Positions 33,069 to 45,560 are shown, counted from the first letter of the stretch. The stretch is 64,000 bases of DNA from Blastocladiella emersonii ATCC 22665 (GCA_025594325.1 JANHCV010000004.1:558001-622000); one strand, 5' to 3'. Notes: generated from the letters alone by a model not told the origin. Program-made: numbers and translations.

Positions 33069-35177
33069 ATGGAAACGTGGGCTAACGCCACGATGTCCGA
33101 CGGGGCAGCGCCCGTGGGCGAGCTGCTCGCGTGGCAGGAACGAGCCGAGTGGAACCCGCTCGACTTCACCCCGGGCTACCTCGGCGTCAACAGCTTTCTC
33201 ATCTTCCACTCGATCCTCGTCATCATCCTCAATGGCATGGTCGTCTCGACCTCGCTCCGCAACGCTTCGATCATGAATAACGCCGCCAACGCGCTGTTCG
33301 TCGTCCTCTGGTACGTCGGTTTCACGGCCGCGGTCAGCTCCTGGTCCGGCTGACTCGTCCACTGCCGCCTCTCGGCTCTCGACTCTCGTAGCATCACGGA
33401 CACGGCGTACGGCGTCATTGTCTTCTTCACACGCATCATCCTCGCTGCGGAGCTGCAGTGGTCGAGGGTACAGCGACCGCCGTCGCATCAACATGGGCCC
33501 GCTCCTGACTGCTGCATCGTGTAGGCTCTCTGTGAGTTCAACTCGGGCTGCAACACCTTCTTCGTCACGGCCATCGTCGCGCACCTGCTGTGTATCAGCG
33601 GGGAACGCTTCCTTTCGGTCGTACTGTTCAAGCCCATGTCGCGCGAGCTCGTCTACCTTGCCATCGGCGGCGCCTACTCGATTGGCATCGCCAACCTGAT
33701 CCTGCACAGCGTTGGCGGGAGCAAGTCGGTCATCAGCACGAGCGGGCTATACTGCTACCCATCGTACGGTCTCCCTCCCCGTCTACAATCGTGCGAGAGT
33801 CCACTCTAACAAATCCGGAACGACGCGCGGACAGTGCCTTCAGGACCTGGTTGTCACTTTTTGATGTATCCGTGTTGCTGGCCAACTTCGGCCTCATGAT
33901 CCGTACGTGCCAGCATTCCTGCCCATCCTTGCTCGCCGCGCCGCGCCCGCTCATCCCCGACCCGCCCGCCCGCCCGTGTAGAGGTGTACGCGCTGATCAT
34001 CCACAAGCTGCGCGCCTCGTACAAGGCCATCCAGGGCTCGCCGCGGTCCGAGTCCTCGGCCGACCACACGTCCTCGCGCCGGGACGACTCTGTGTCGCAG
34101 GTCTCGCAGCTCCGCCACGCGCCCAGCACCGAGCTCGCACGCTGTACGTCCACGCTCGCTTGTCCGCACTCGTTCGCTCAGCGAAACTGACACCACGGCA
34201 GCCCCCGGCAACCAGATCGTCTCGTCCTCCGGACCCACGCCCAACGTCTCACAGGGCGTTACCAGCGTGTACGTCCAACTCCTTCGCGACTTGAATTGGG
34301 ACCCGCCAACTCACTCGTCGCCACGACGTGTAGCACCAGCACCGGCGGCGGCAGCGGCGGCGGCGCGCGGAGTCCGTCACCTCTCCTGATCACCGGGACC
34401 GCCGTGATCCCGAACGGGTCGGCCACGTCGCTGCCGAGCATGAACACCGAGACCGCGTCGATCGCCACGACCGCGACCACTCAGGCCGGCCCGTCCAAGC
34501 CGCAGATGAAGCAGAGCCGCAAGACGCGCGCGCGCGAGAACCAGATCCAGCGCAAGATCGCGATGCGCGGCGTCATGACGCTGTTCAGCTTCAGGTACGC
34601 GTCGCTGGTCGCGCTGCGGTTCCCTTTCTCCGGCGACTAACACTGCGCTCCTTCTAGCTTCACGCTCATCCCGTTCGTCATCGGCTTGGTCCGGTACTAC
34701 ATCACGGGTAACCGGACTGATCCCGTCTTTGACGTCAGTACGTGGTCACTTCTCATTTCTTGCTCGCCGCGATCATGATCACTCACCGCCGTCCCGACTC
34801 GCGCGCGGTTAGTCTTCGTCACCAGCAAGTTCTTCTCCGAGACCATCGACCCGCTGATCATCCTGACCATGGACCCGCGCATCCGCAAGGCCGTGTTCGA
34901 CGTGTTCATGCCGTGGCTGAACCGGTTCAACGAGCGCCGCGCGCGCCGCCGCCTCGCCAAGAAGAAGCAGGACAACCCGTCGGCCGCGAGCAGCATGGTC
35001 TCGACAACACCCTCGACGCGCACCAACCTCGTCGGCGCCGCGGCGCTCACCAAGAAACCACCACCCGCGATCCAGACGACCCGGCTCACGTCCGGCATCA
35101 ACGCGGCCATGGCGCCGAACCCGGTCGCGCCTTCCGCGCCGCAGTCGCCGACCGCGCCGGATCCGAACCGCGTGTGA
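33069..35177 (+). CDS. Rhodopsin-like (class A) 7TM GPCR, paralog 2 (most divergent, extra introns)
   Basis: WNPLDF N-terminus, IILNGM, LCEFNSG...ISGERFLSVV, SGLYCYP, VYALIIHKLR, QIQRKIAMRG, TSKFFSETIDPLIILTMDPRIR. Confidence 0.85.
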
Positions 35178-35459
35178 GAGCGCGGCGGGTGTGTGACTTT
35201 TACTACTACAATGTATCTGTTTCTTAGCCGTTTGCGCTCGGTCGATCGAGGCAGGCGGAGACGCGTGCCATCACGTCGCCGATCAAAACGTATCAGCCAC
35301 GGCGTGACGCACTGAGCCACCTGCGGCGCCCAGCGAGGCTTGCTCGCCCCCGTGGCGAGTGCCTGTGCAAACCTTCAGGCCACTTCGAGCAGGTCGGGTC
35401 CGCGGATTCTCTCCCCTCCGCGAACCGACGGCCTGCAACGTATCACCACCACCACCATC

Positions 35460-36777
35460 ATGAACGACGAACCCGCGACGACCATGGGCACCCCGCAGCT
35501 GGCTGCGGTGGGCACGCTAACGTCAACCATGTCCAGTGCCTCGGGCGCGCAGCCGCAGGTCATCGCGACCATCTCGATGACCGAGATCCTCGAGGCCCAG
35601 GAGGCGTACAAGGAGGTGATGAAGGCGTCGCTCGCGTACCGCAAGTACATGCGCGGCATGACCAAGCACGCGCGGGCGTTCGCCGACTCGCTCATGCAGT
35701 TTGCCAAGGCGACCGAGGGATCCGCCGACGAGGAGAGCGTGTTCGCTATCCGCCAGTACGCCGCGATGCAGCTCCTGTTTGCCGCGGGCAACGAGGCTAT
35801 GGTACGTCGGCGAGTATCCACCGCACATCACCGCAGGCCGGCTGACGCTGACGCTGCTTTTTCGCTCCGTTGCGTAGACGGACCTCGTCGACTCGCAGTT
35901 CGACGCGCCGCTCAAGGCCAACTACGCCAACCACAAGTCGAACGTCAAGTTCAACGCCGAAAAGTACAAGCGCGCCAAGGAGCAGCACGCGCGGCAGATG
36001 AAAGTCCTCGAGCGCGAAGAGGCCCGCGCGACCAAGAACGTGCGCTCGGACCTCAACGCGTTCCAGGACACCCTGCGCGAGCTGTCGCGCATGGCCACTT
36101 CCATTGAGATCGTCAAGAACGATCACTTTGACAGCGTCGTCGACGAGGAGCGCCGCAACGCCGCCTTCGTCGCCGAGCGGTGCGCCGACTGGATCGGCCT
36201 CGAGTGCAACGTGCTCTTCTCCAAGGTCTTCAAGCACGGCGAGGAGGCGCTCGCCGTCCTCGACGGCCAGGTGCCCGTCCCGCTGCCCGGGTCGCAGGAC
36301 GCCGTCACCTGGACCCTGGCCCGCGGCGAGGCTGGGTCCGCGGCCAACCAGCAGCAGCAGCAGCAGCAGCAGTCGTCATCCGCGGGCGCTAGCGCGGCCA
36401 GCCGCCGTGTCTCGGCCCCGCTCCCCGTCACGGCGCTCCGCGACACGCCCACGATGCGCCCGCTCTCGACGCTGACACGGCCACAGGCGCATACCGCGAC
36501 GCGCGTCCTCTCGGGTCGCCCGGACGGCGCCACGGAGACGTCGACGGGCTCACTCGGTCGCCGCGCGGCCACCGGCATGCTCAACACGGCGGGGCTGAGA
36601 GGCTCGTCAGCCTCGCTCACGGCCGGGAACAAGTTCGGGTCGCTCCGCCGCGCGCTCGCGCCGATGCTGGACGACGCGGAGGCGGAGGCGGGTGAGGACG
36701 AGGCGATTGCTGCGGCGGCAGCCGAGGCGGGTGGCAGCCGGCCCGGACGGCCGGACACGCTGGCCGGGGTCCAGTGA
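35460..36777 (+). CDS. Ivy1-like I-BAR/IMD domain protein
   Basis: ISMTEILEAQEAYKEVMKASLAYRK...AFADSL...DLNAFQDTLRELSR..IE..K..H helical pattern resembles fungal Ivy1; low-complexity tail; one intron. Confidence 0.62.
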
Positions 36778-37204
36778 CAGGAGACAAGTCCAGGGATCCG
36801 GGCCGCACTGAATACGTTGTCGTAAACCGTAATAAACCCCTAGCTATGTCACAGCCATTCTCCCACGTTAGTAGCCCGCGGACAGTCGCGAACAGAAACA
36901 AGGTGCGAACACCGCGCGCCGCTCACGTGATTGTTCGTCGCGTCTCGCACGCGCGTCCCGCAGTCCGCGCAACCTAAATTCGGGTCGCGCGTTACCTTCT
37001 TGAGTACCTGCGGCCCGGATATCCGAAACGGGACACAGTCTCCCACGTTTATTCGCTACATCAAGCGCCCGCCAGCAATGCGTAACTCTAGTGGATGATT
37101 CCAGGCCCCAGACGCCAACTCAACATCTCCGACTATATGCAATCGAATGTCATTCGAGCTCTTGACTGAAACTTCTTGCTACTGCTGATCAAGCCCTCCT
37201 CGCC

Positions 37205-38843
37205 ATGGTCGATCCGTCGCGGATACCCGAAAACGCGACCTACATCCAGAGCCTCAAAGAATGGAGCTTGCGCACATGGAATCCGTACGACTTTGACTGG
37301 AACTTCCCGTCAAAGCCGCTCAACGGTTTCTTGCTCTTCCAAGCGGTCGTGGGCGTGATCCTAAACGGGATGATCCTGACTGCCGCGTACCGCTGCCGGC
37401 ACAAGGTCTTGACCAACGCGTCGAGTCGCCTTTCCGTCAACCTCTGCATGGGCTACCTCGTCTACGGCTCCTGCGTGACCGTGATGCGCATCGTCCTGGC
37501 GGCTGAGCTCGCGTGGCCCGAGTTGCTGTGCTACTTCTCGATGTGCACCAACGTGTGGGCGCTCGCGACCGGGTGCTTCACAAGTGCGATCACTTTCCCT
37601 GGCTTACGTTGCGCGTGGGTCACTGACGCGTAAGCGTGTAGTCACGAACGCTGCCATTGAGCGCTACGCCTCGATCGTGCTGCAAAAGTCCTTGACGAAG
37701 CGGCAGGCCAACCTCATGTCGCTTGTGGCGCAGATTCTCGCCTTTGGGTTTGTTTGTATCCATGCTGTCGGGCAACATCCGGTCATCTCCAACAGCGGGT
37801 GCGCTTCAGTCACCTTCGAGTTTCTGCGTGCATCTCGCTGACAGTCGATGGACGCGCGTCGCGTAGTGTCTACTGCTACCCCGCGTCCATGGGCCTGTTT
37901 CTCGGGACCATCGACAACGTGCTTCTCTCCATGCAGTCTGTTTCGATTGCGAGTACGTGCTCCACCGAGGTGCTACCAGGTCTTGCTTCTCACTCGCCTC
38001 GCTTGTTAGTCGTCTACGCGCTCGTGGTGCGCACCCTGCGCAAGGCTTCGCGCAAGATCAACAAGACCTCGACCAACAAGAGCGTCGAGAGCCTGCCGAC
38101 CATGGTCGCGAGCGGCAGCAAGCCAAGCGCATTATCTCCAGCTGCTTCGGTGCCAGCCGCCGAGCCCAAGTCGCTGGCGGTTACCGACCGCGCCGAGACG
38201 CGTACGTTCCACCGGCTACTATGTGATCGATTGTCTCTTACACAGCTCATGTAGTGTCGAGTGTGCTCACGACGGCCGCGGAGCTCCCAAACTCCTCGGC
38301 CCTCCAGCTCACGGATACGCGGACTTCAGCTCAGGCGCTCAACGGGTCCTCCCTCATGATCGCGGACCCGCGGGCCTCGGCCCAGGCGCTCAACTCTTCG
38401 CAGTCGGCCATCGGCGAGACCTCGAGCTCGGGGGCCGCGCAGCGCAAGCAGCAGCGGAAGCAAAAGGACGCGGCGCGGTCGCGCAACGCCGAGATCGAGC
38501 GGCGCATCGCGATTCGCGGGATCTGGTCGCTCATCGCGTCGCTGTTCACGTCCGTGCCGACGATCGCGTTCGTCGGACTGATGCTGAGTACGGGGAACCG
38601 CAACAGCGCCGCGTTCGACGCCTGTACGTGAGCTCGGATCCGTCGCGGGGTCGCGTCTCACTCACTCTTGCCTCTCGTGTAGACTACATGGTGAGCAAGC
38701 TTATCACCGAGATCGCCGACCCGGTCATCCTCTTGACCATGGACATTCGCTTCCGCAGCGCCGTCATCGAGACGTTTTTCTGGTGGCTCCCTCAAAAGGC
38801 CAGGTCGACAGATAACTTGAATCGGTCAAATGCGGCTCTGTGA
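37205..38843 (+). CDS. Rhodopsin-like (class A) 7TM GPCR, paralog 3
   Basis: Six exons: WNPYDF, VILNGM, LLCYF, AAIERYASIV, SGVYCYP, VYALVVRTLRK, EIERRIAIRG..TSVP, VSKLITEIADPVILLTMDIRFR. Confidence 0.88.
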
Positions 38844-39272
38844 ATCCGATTTGCTCGGCAACCCTTTCTGCCTCAGGTGTATATATCTATTTTCCCTTCG
38901 ATAAAGCGATTTGCATGCGTTGACCATGGTTGAGCGCCAGTGTCTCGCATGTCTCGCGTGTCTCGCACAGTCACATGATTTCGCAACGCGTCCTCGCTGG
39001 TTTCCCGCTCCCCGTCTCGCGGTTCCCGGTATGTGGTCAGTCCGTTAACTGGGCGCGAAAAGCTTACCCGGTGCAACGAGATCACACGCTCCCCGTCTCC
39101 CATGGTACTTGAGAGGGCCGCCTGGCGCTGATCGGTGCTTGGCCTTGGGTGCCCGCCGCCAGCACAAGGGGGCGCTTGCGCTCGTGATCGTGCCTTGCGC
39201 TCCGTCAATGGAACTGCCCGACTCTTTTTGCAACTGAAGCTCGCCTTGTTGTAACTCTAAAAACCAGAAACC

Positions 39273-40834
39273 ATGCAGCCAAATCTAAGCATCATCAATC
39301 TCTCCGAATGGGATGTGGGCGGACGACTGTGGAACTCGCTGGATTTCGATAGCGGCTTCCCCTACGCGCCGCTCAACGCGTACTTGCTGATCCAAGCGAT
39401 CGCGGGCGTCACGCTCAACTCAATGATCTTGTTCGCCGCGATCCGGTGCCGTCAAAAGGTCTTGACGAACGCTTCGAGTCTGCTGTCGCTCAACCTCTGC
39501 GCCGGCCATCTGCTCTATGGGGCTTGTATCATCGCGATCCGAATCTCGCTCGTCATCGACTACAGCTGGCCCGAGCCGCTGTGCTACTTCAACCAGGCCG
39601 TGACCGTGTACTTTGTCGGGACGACGTGTTTCACGAGTACGGCTTCGCGATCGCCGCTGCGCTGACGGTGCTGACCGAAAGTGTCCATCGCGTAGTCCTC
39701 AACGTGGCGCTCGAGCGCGTCATGTCCATCATCCGGCTCAAGAGCCTGACCATGAAGCAGACCGCAATCTTGTGCATCATCGCCCAGGGGTTGTCGCTCG
39801 CGTTCATGCTTCTCCACTCGCTCGGCCATCGCCCGGTCATTGGCGTCAGCGGGTCTGTACTACTTGTGTCGGCTGGCTACGTTTTCCCGGCTAACGCCCG
39901 ACGAGTAGAATCCTCTGCTACCCAGCCGCGATGGGCGAGGCGCTCGGTGCAGTCGACATTGTCATTCTCGCACTGCAGACGATCTTGATCCCGAGTACGT
40001 TACCCGCTTCCTCGTGTCCCACCGTCGCTGACCTCGTCCCATCGCCCCAAGTCGTGTACTACGCCATCGTCAAGACGCTGCGCAAGGCGTCCAAGAAGCT
40101 TGACTCGTCCGGCGCTTCGCAGAGCAACAACCCGTCGTCGGTCACCGGGTCCATGACCAAGTCCGCCTCGGTATCAGTGACGCCGGAGCCCAAGTCGCTC
40201 TCCGTTGCGGGTCGCACTGATACACGTACGTGACCTTCATCGGTTGTACTGGAGGACGGCCGTACTGACACCGCATCTTGTAGAAACGAGCGGCCTCGCG
40301 CGCGCCTCCTCGGCCCTCGCCGACGTGCCGAGCTCCTCGGCCCTTGTACTCGCACAAAGTCCGTCGACAGCAAGTGACACCCCGACGACCACAATCACGA
40401 CTGCGACTGCGACAGTGACGGTGACTGCTTCTGCACCTGCGAGCTCGCCGCGCAAGCCCCGCGGCACCCAGTCCATGTCCAGGTCGCGCAACGCCGCGAT
40501 GGAGCGTAAGATCGTGCTCCGCGGCATCTTCTCGCTGATCGCGTCGCTTTTCACGACGATGCCGACCATGATGTTTGTCGGGCTACTCGTATCGTCCGGC
40601 AAGCGGACCAGCGGCGCGTTCGATGCGTGTACGTTTTCCTGCGTGTGCTCCGCCCTCTAATCTCGTTTCGCTAACTCGAACCCGCTCGTAGACTACATGA
40701 TCAGCAAGCTCATCACGGAGATTGCCGACCCGGTGATCCTGCTCACCATGGACCCGCGGTTCCGCAACGCTATGGTCGAGACTTACTTTTGGCGCCTCCC
40801 ACAGTCATGGCTGCCCAGCTCGACCAGCCGGTAG
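39273..40834 (+). CDS. Rhodopsin-like (class A) 7TM GPCR, paralog 4 (tandem with paralog 3)
   Basis: WNSLDF, VTLNSM, PLCYF, VALERVMSII, SG.LCYP, VYYAIVKTLRK, MERKIVLRG..TTMP, ISKLITEIADPVILLTMDPRFR; same intron positions as paralog 3. Confidence 0.88.
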
Positions 40835-41064
40835 TGACGTAGTCGAAATAGCCTTGGTTTATTTGTATACAATCGTTCTTGCACATCAAAAAATGTGCCC
40901 GTCGTCTCCCCGCCAAATTTGACACCCAAGCGCGCGGCGCGGCGCGACGCGTCTCGCGTCCACGTCTCGCATCGCCACGTGATATTGCGACGCGTCCCGA
41001 TTCCAGCCCAGCCCCGTTTACTCCGCGCGCGGGCTCTTCAACCCTCTGAGCTCTCCTGGAACGC

Positions 41065-41902
41065 ATGACGACTGCAAGCGTAACTATGTCAATGCAGCTG
41101 CCACCACGCTACACCTCGTCGCTGCGCCGCGCCGACTCGGTGCTCGACCAGTCGAGCCTCGTGCAGCAGCTGGCCATCCAGCACCACCACCACCACCACC
41201 TCGCGCCCGCGCCTCTGCCACCACCGACGCTGCCCGGCCACCTCCTCGTCGCGGCGTACGCCAAGCTCGAGTCAGCACACCCCGAGAGGTACCCGAGCTA
41301 CTTCCTGCGCACGCTGCACGCGAGCGTCGGGCAGCGCGGGACGGCCGAGATCGCGCTCCCGGGCGCCGAGATCCAGCCGCGCCACGCGACCATCGCCTAC
41401 AACTTCTGCCTGCAGCGGTTCGAGCTCACGGTCCTCGCGCACGCCGGCGCCGTGGTTAACGGCGCGCGGGTCGACCGCAACGTCGCGGCTGAGCTGCAGC
41501 ACTTGTACGCCGCATCACGCGCTGCGCGACGGGAAACTGACGTAGCGGTTGTGTAGCTCGCGCATCACCATCGGCACCTGCTCGTTCCACTTCCTGCTGC
41601 CGCGCGCGCACGACCCGGACGTCGTGTTCCGGTCGTACCTGACGTCGCCGAGCGACGCGCCCGCGTTCCCGTACCCGCACGTCCGCGCGCCCGCGTCGCC
41701 CGCGGGACCCGTTGGGCCGCTCATGTCCGGGCTTGCACAACCCGTTGTCGAGCACCACCACCATCACCACCGTGGCGGGCTGCCGTCGTGCCGCAGCGTG
41801 GCCAAGAAGGCGTTCGAGGAGGATGTCGAGGACGGCGAGGCGCGGCCGCGGAAGAAGCTGCGCGCGATCGTGAGCGGCGGCGGCGGGATGGGCGCTCTGT
41901 GA
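41065..41902 (+). CDS. Stand-alone FHA-domain protein (Fhl1/Fkh1-type FHA)
   Basis: AYAKLE...Y.L....VG...RHATIAYNF..RFELTVL..GAVVNG...|SRITIG..F.FLLP; one intron; no forkhead domain follows. Confidence 0.75.
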
Positions 41903-41972
41903 GGGCGCGGTCAGGTGGGCGTGGATTAGACTAGGATAGACTCTCGTGTATACTCCGCTGCTGCTGCTGCTG

Positions 41973-43121
41973 CTACTCGTCGTCGTCGTCGTCATCGTCG
42001 CTGCTCGCGTACGCGACTAGACCCGGCTTCGCTGCTGGGGGTCTCGTCGGCCGTGGTGGTTGATCCACAACGACGGCTGGCGCCTGATCCTCCTGTTCCA
42101 GCGACGCGTCCGCGACGGCCGGCGCCGGCGCGACCGCGTTACTCTGCACCAAGGCGCGGAACGACGTGTACATCGGGTGCCACGGGTTGAGGAACGCGAA
42201 CCGCGGATCCCTTCCTTGCCGCTCGCGCAGCCGCGCCTCGAGCCCCGGACCCGCGCGGGCGACGGCGCGCGCGGTCGCCTTGATGGCGCTCATGTCGATG
42301 GTTGGGCCCTGCGCTCGCGGCTGCGGCTGCGGCACAGGTTCCGGTTCGGCCTCAGGCGCCGGTTCGGGCGCAGGCTCGACCCACGTCCCGTCGAGCATCG
42401 CAGCGACGACCTTGCGAAAGTACCCGTGGCCAGGTCCCGCGGCGCGGAGGAACGCGAACCGCGGGTCCGTCGCCTGTTTCCCCGCGATGGTGGTCTCGGC
42501 GAGCCGCGGGTCGGGCTGCCGCGCGATCACGGCGGCCGTCTTGTGCAGGATGGCGACGAGTTGCGGGTCCGAGGGCTAGTGGGAGTACTGTGAGTGGGGG
42601 TCGCGTGAGGGTGGGATGGGAGAGGGCACCTTGACGTCCGGGTCGAGCAGCGAGTAGTCAAAGTGGATCTCGTTGTGCGGGGCGTTGGGCTCACGGTCCC
42701 GACGTTGCCGCTTCGACGGCGGGCGCAACACCTCGGCATCGTCGCCGTCGCCGTTCTCTGAGTCAGCTCGCGCGCGCGAAGTTGGCGACACGTCGGGCTC
42801 GCCGTCCCCGTCGTCGGCAGCCAGGTCGCGATACCGCTCGTCATCGAGCTCCTCGTCACTCACATCCGCATCCTCCTCCTCGACACCCGCACCACGGCCC
42901 CCGACCTCGTGCGGCCCGTTCAGGAGATGCCGCACGTCGTAGCGGTCGACGCGCTCGCCATGCCACTCGGTCAGCTCCTCCTCGTCGCCTACGGCGTCAC
43001 CGTCGCCGATCAAGGCGCGAGACCGCTCACTGACCTCGCGGATCGGCACGCGGGTCCCGGAGACGCTCAGTCGCGCGTCCGACAGTTCATTGCATTGAGT
43101 TAGGCGGTTCATGGGTTTCAT
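41973..43121 (-). CDS. SFSWAP/suppressor-of-white-apricot-like splicing factor (DRY_EERY plus two SURP motifs)
   Basis: LTEWHGERVDRYDVRHLL; DPRFAFL...HGYFR and IKATARAVAR.G..LE..L...DPRFAFLNPWHP.Y..F. The start codon is uncertain. Confidence 0.75.
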
Positions 43122-43290
43122 TCAACTGATGGTACAGCGCGAGTCGGGATGCGAGTCGGGACGCGAGTCGCTCTCGGAGTCCGAGGCCGAGCTCGAGGGT
43201 GGGGACCGCGAGGCGCGGCGACGAGGCTACTACGCAAGGACAACGGGGGATTATTAACACACACGCAGACGGAAGACGAGTGGCGGGGTA

Positions 43291-43950
43291 TCATACCTGG
43301 CCGCCGTTGCGCTTCTCGTGCTCCATGAGCTGGCGCAGCATCGAGAGGTTGATGGGCAGGCGCGGGCCGAGCCAGAGCGCGTAGCCGTCGTGGTTGGCGA
43401 CGTGGTCGGCTACACGCAGGCGGAGGAGAGGTCAGGCACGGGTAGACGGGGATGGTTGCAGAGGTGGGAGGGCGTACGCGTCTGCGGGTGGATGAGGACC
43501 GAGAGCGAGCCGTGGTTGAGCGCCAGCCAAGGGACGAAGACTGCAAAGTCCTTCGCCTCGATCACGTCGACCTCGAACATGGGCATCGGGTGCGGGCCGA
43601 TGGCGCGGTCGTGCATGGGCGACATAGGGAACATGGGGAACTTGGCGAAAACGACTCGTCAGCACTCGAGGAGGTACTCGCCGTCAGAGCGAGCGACTAC
43701 GACGCACCAGGCGCGCAATCTTCTCCTTGAGCGCGGCAGCCTCGGCGCGCTGCTCGTAGCTGGTGGGCAGGTAGTAGACGTGCACGTCGTAGCGCTCAAT
43801 GGGCGCGGGCCAGGCAATAGACATGGTGATGGCGTTGCGGGGAGTCGGGTCGGTGAAGAACAGACTCTGGGCGACGGCGGGCGCGGCCGGGATTAAGAGG
43901 AGCACGGCTGCCACTAGCGCGGCGAGCACGCTCAGCAAGGTGGGATACAT
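43291..43950 (-). CDS. DOPA 4,5-dioxygenase family protein with a predicted signal peptide
   Basis: YDVHVYY, IGPHPMPMFEV, WLALNHGSLSVLIHP, DH...ALWLG..LP.NLS.L; hydrophobic N-terminus ending AVA-Q; two introns. Confidence 0.88.
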
Positions 43951-44330
43951 GGCAGTGCGGGGGACCGCAGCGGGGCGAGGCGTGGGGCGCGCGGCGGTTA
44001 TGTGAGCGGCGCGCCACCGCGCACGGCGAACCCGCCGGCACCGCCGTCAGCGTCGCGTTGCGCCATGACGCCTGCTGCGTCAGCATCGTTGCTTCATGGG
44101 ACAAAAATAGGCGTGCGCTTCTCGAGAGCGAGGGGGACGGTGAGACGAGGCGAGACAGCAGGGCCGCACGCGTCGGTCATGCCGTGCCAGGTGACGCTCG
44201 CCCGAGAGTGCTGGCCGACGCGTCGCGCCGTTCGCCGCCGCATCTTTCTTTCTTCCGCGCTCCTCCCCTCAGGGCATCCGATCGGCCGCATCGCAACCAG
44301 CCGCAGACCACTTGCCGCACGCCACGCACC

Positions 44331-45560
44331 ATGAAGTCCATGCATCCGCGCTCGCGCCGCCCCGCGCGCGCCGCCGCCGCCGCCCTCGCGGTCACCGCCA
44401 CGCTCGCCGTGCTGCTGCTCGCGGCCGCACCCTCGGTCGATGCTGCCTCGTCTGGTGCGTCTCGCGCGGATCCAGCTAGAAGGTCTCGCTAACGGCCTCA
44501 CACACGTCTAGACGCCGCCGTGTACCTCAACATGGGCCGCGCCGACGGCACCGTGCTCCGCGCATCGGACCACGCCTCCACCGCCACCACCGGCGACGTG
44601 ACGCTGTCGCGCTCGGACGCGGCCGACGTGGTCTCGTACCTCGCCGGCAGCTCGCGGCACGCCGACCTCGCGCGGTGGGCCAACGCGCCCAAGGTGGTCG
44701 CGTCCGGGTACCGCCCGGCCTCGCTGCTGTTCGGGTCCGAGCCGCGCCACGTCATGGTCGAGGCTGTCGGGCTCGACGCGTCGGACCTGGCCGCCGAGCC
44801 GAGCTTCCGCGTGCAGGACGCCGCCGCCGACGAGGGGACCGTCCCCGCCGCGCCGCTCGCCGCCCACGTCGCGTCGCGCGTCCACGCCGAGTACGGCGCC
44901 GAGTCCTCGGCCGCCGACGAGCTCAACATCTCGGTCGACGAGATCGACGTCGCCCTGCGCAAGCTCGAGCAGTGGGCCGCCACCACCGCGCGCCCGCCCA
45001 AGTTTGCCGCGATCCGCGTCAGCGGCATCGACGCCGCGTCCGCCGAGTACCGCGCCCAGGTCGCCAAGGTCAAGCACCTCCTGCGCGAGGTCGCCGCGCT
45101 CCCCGACGGCGTGTCCACGTCGCTCGTCGTGTCGCCCGCCGGTTCCCCCTACGTCTCGGCCCGCGCGTTCGCTGCCGCCGCGGCCGCCGCCGCGCCCTCG
45201 CTGCCCGCGGGCGACATCGCCAGCACGGTCGGCACCAGCCGGTCGAACGCGTCGGTCACGCTGCCCGTGTGCTTCACGTCCGAGGCCGCGTGCACCGCCA
45301 ACACCCAGTCGTGCAGCGGGCGCGCCAAGTGCGCGCAGTACTCGCTCAACGGCAACGCCAAGTGCTGGAAGTGCGCGTGCCCGACGTCCGGGATCCGCCG
45401 GTACGCGGGCGCCGCGTGCCAGTACGAGGACATTTCGACCGAACTGGTCCTGACGGTCGGCGTGTCGCTGGTCCTCGCCGTGGTCGTGGTCGCGGGTGTT
45501 GGCATGCTCGCGAGCGCGGCCCCCGCTGCCGGCGGCGGCGCTGGCACGCGGTCCGACTGA
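44331..45560 (+). CDS. Vps3844/DUF3844-family type I membrane protein
   Basis: Signal peptide; C-terminal CFTSEAAC..NTQSCSGRAKC...CWKCAC...YAGAACQYEDIS followed by a TM helix; one intron. Confidence 0.8.
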
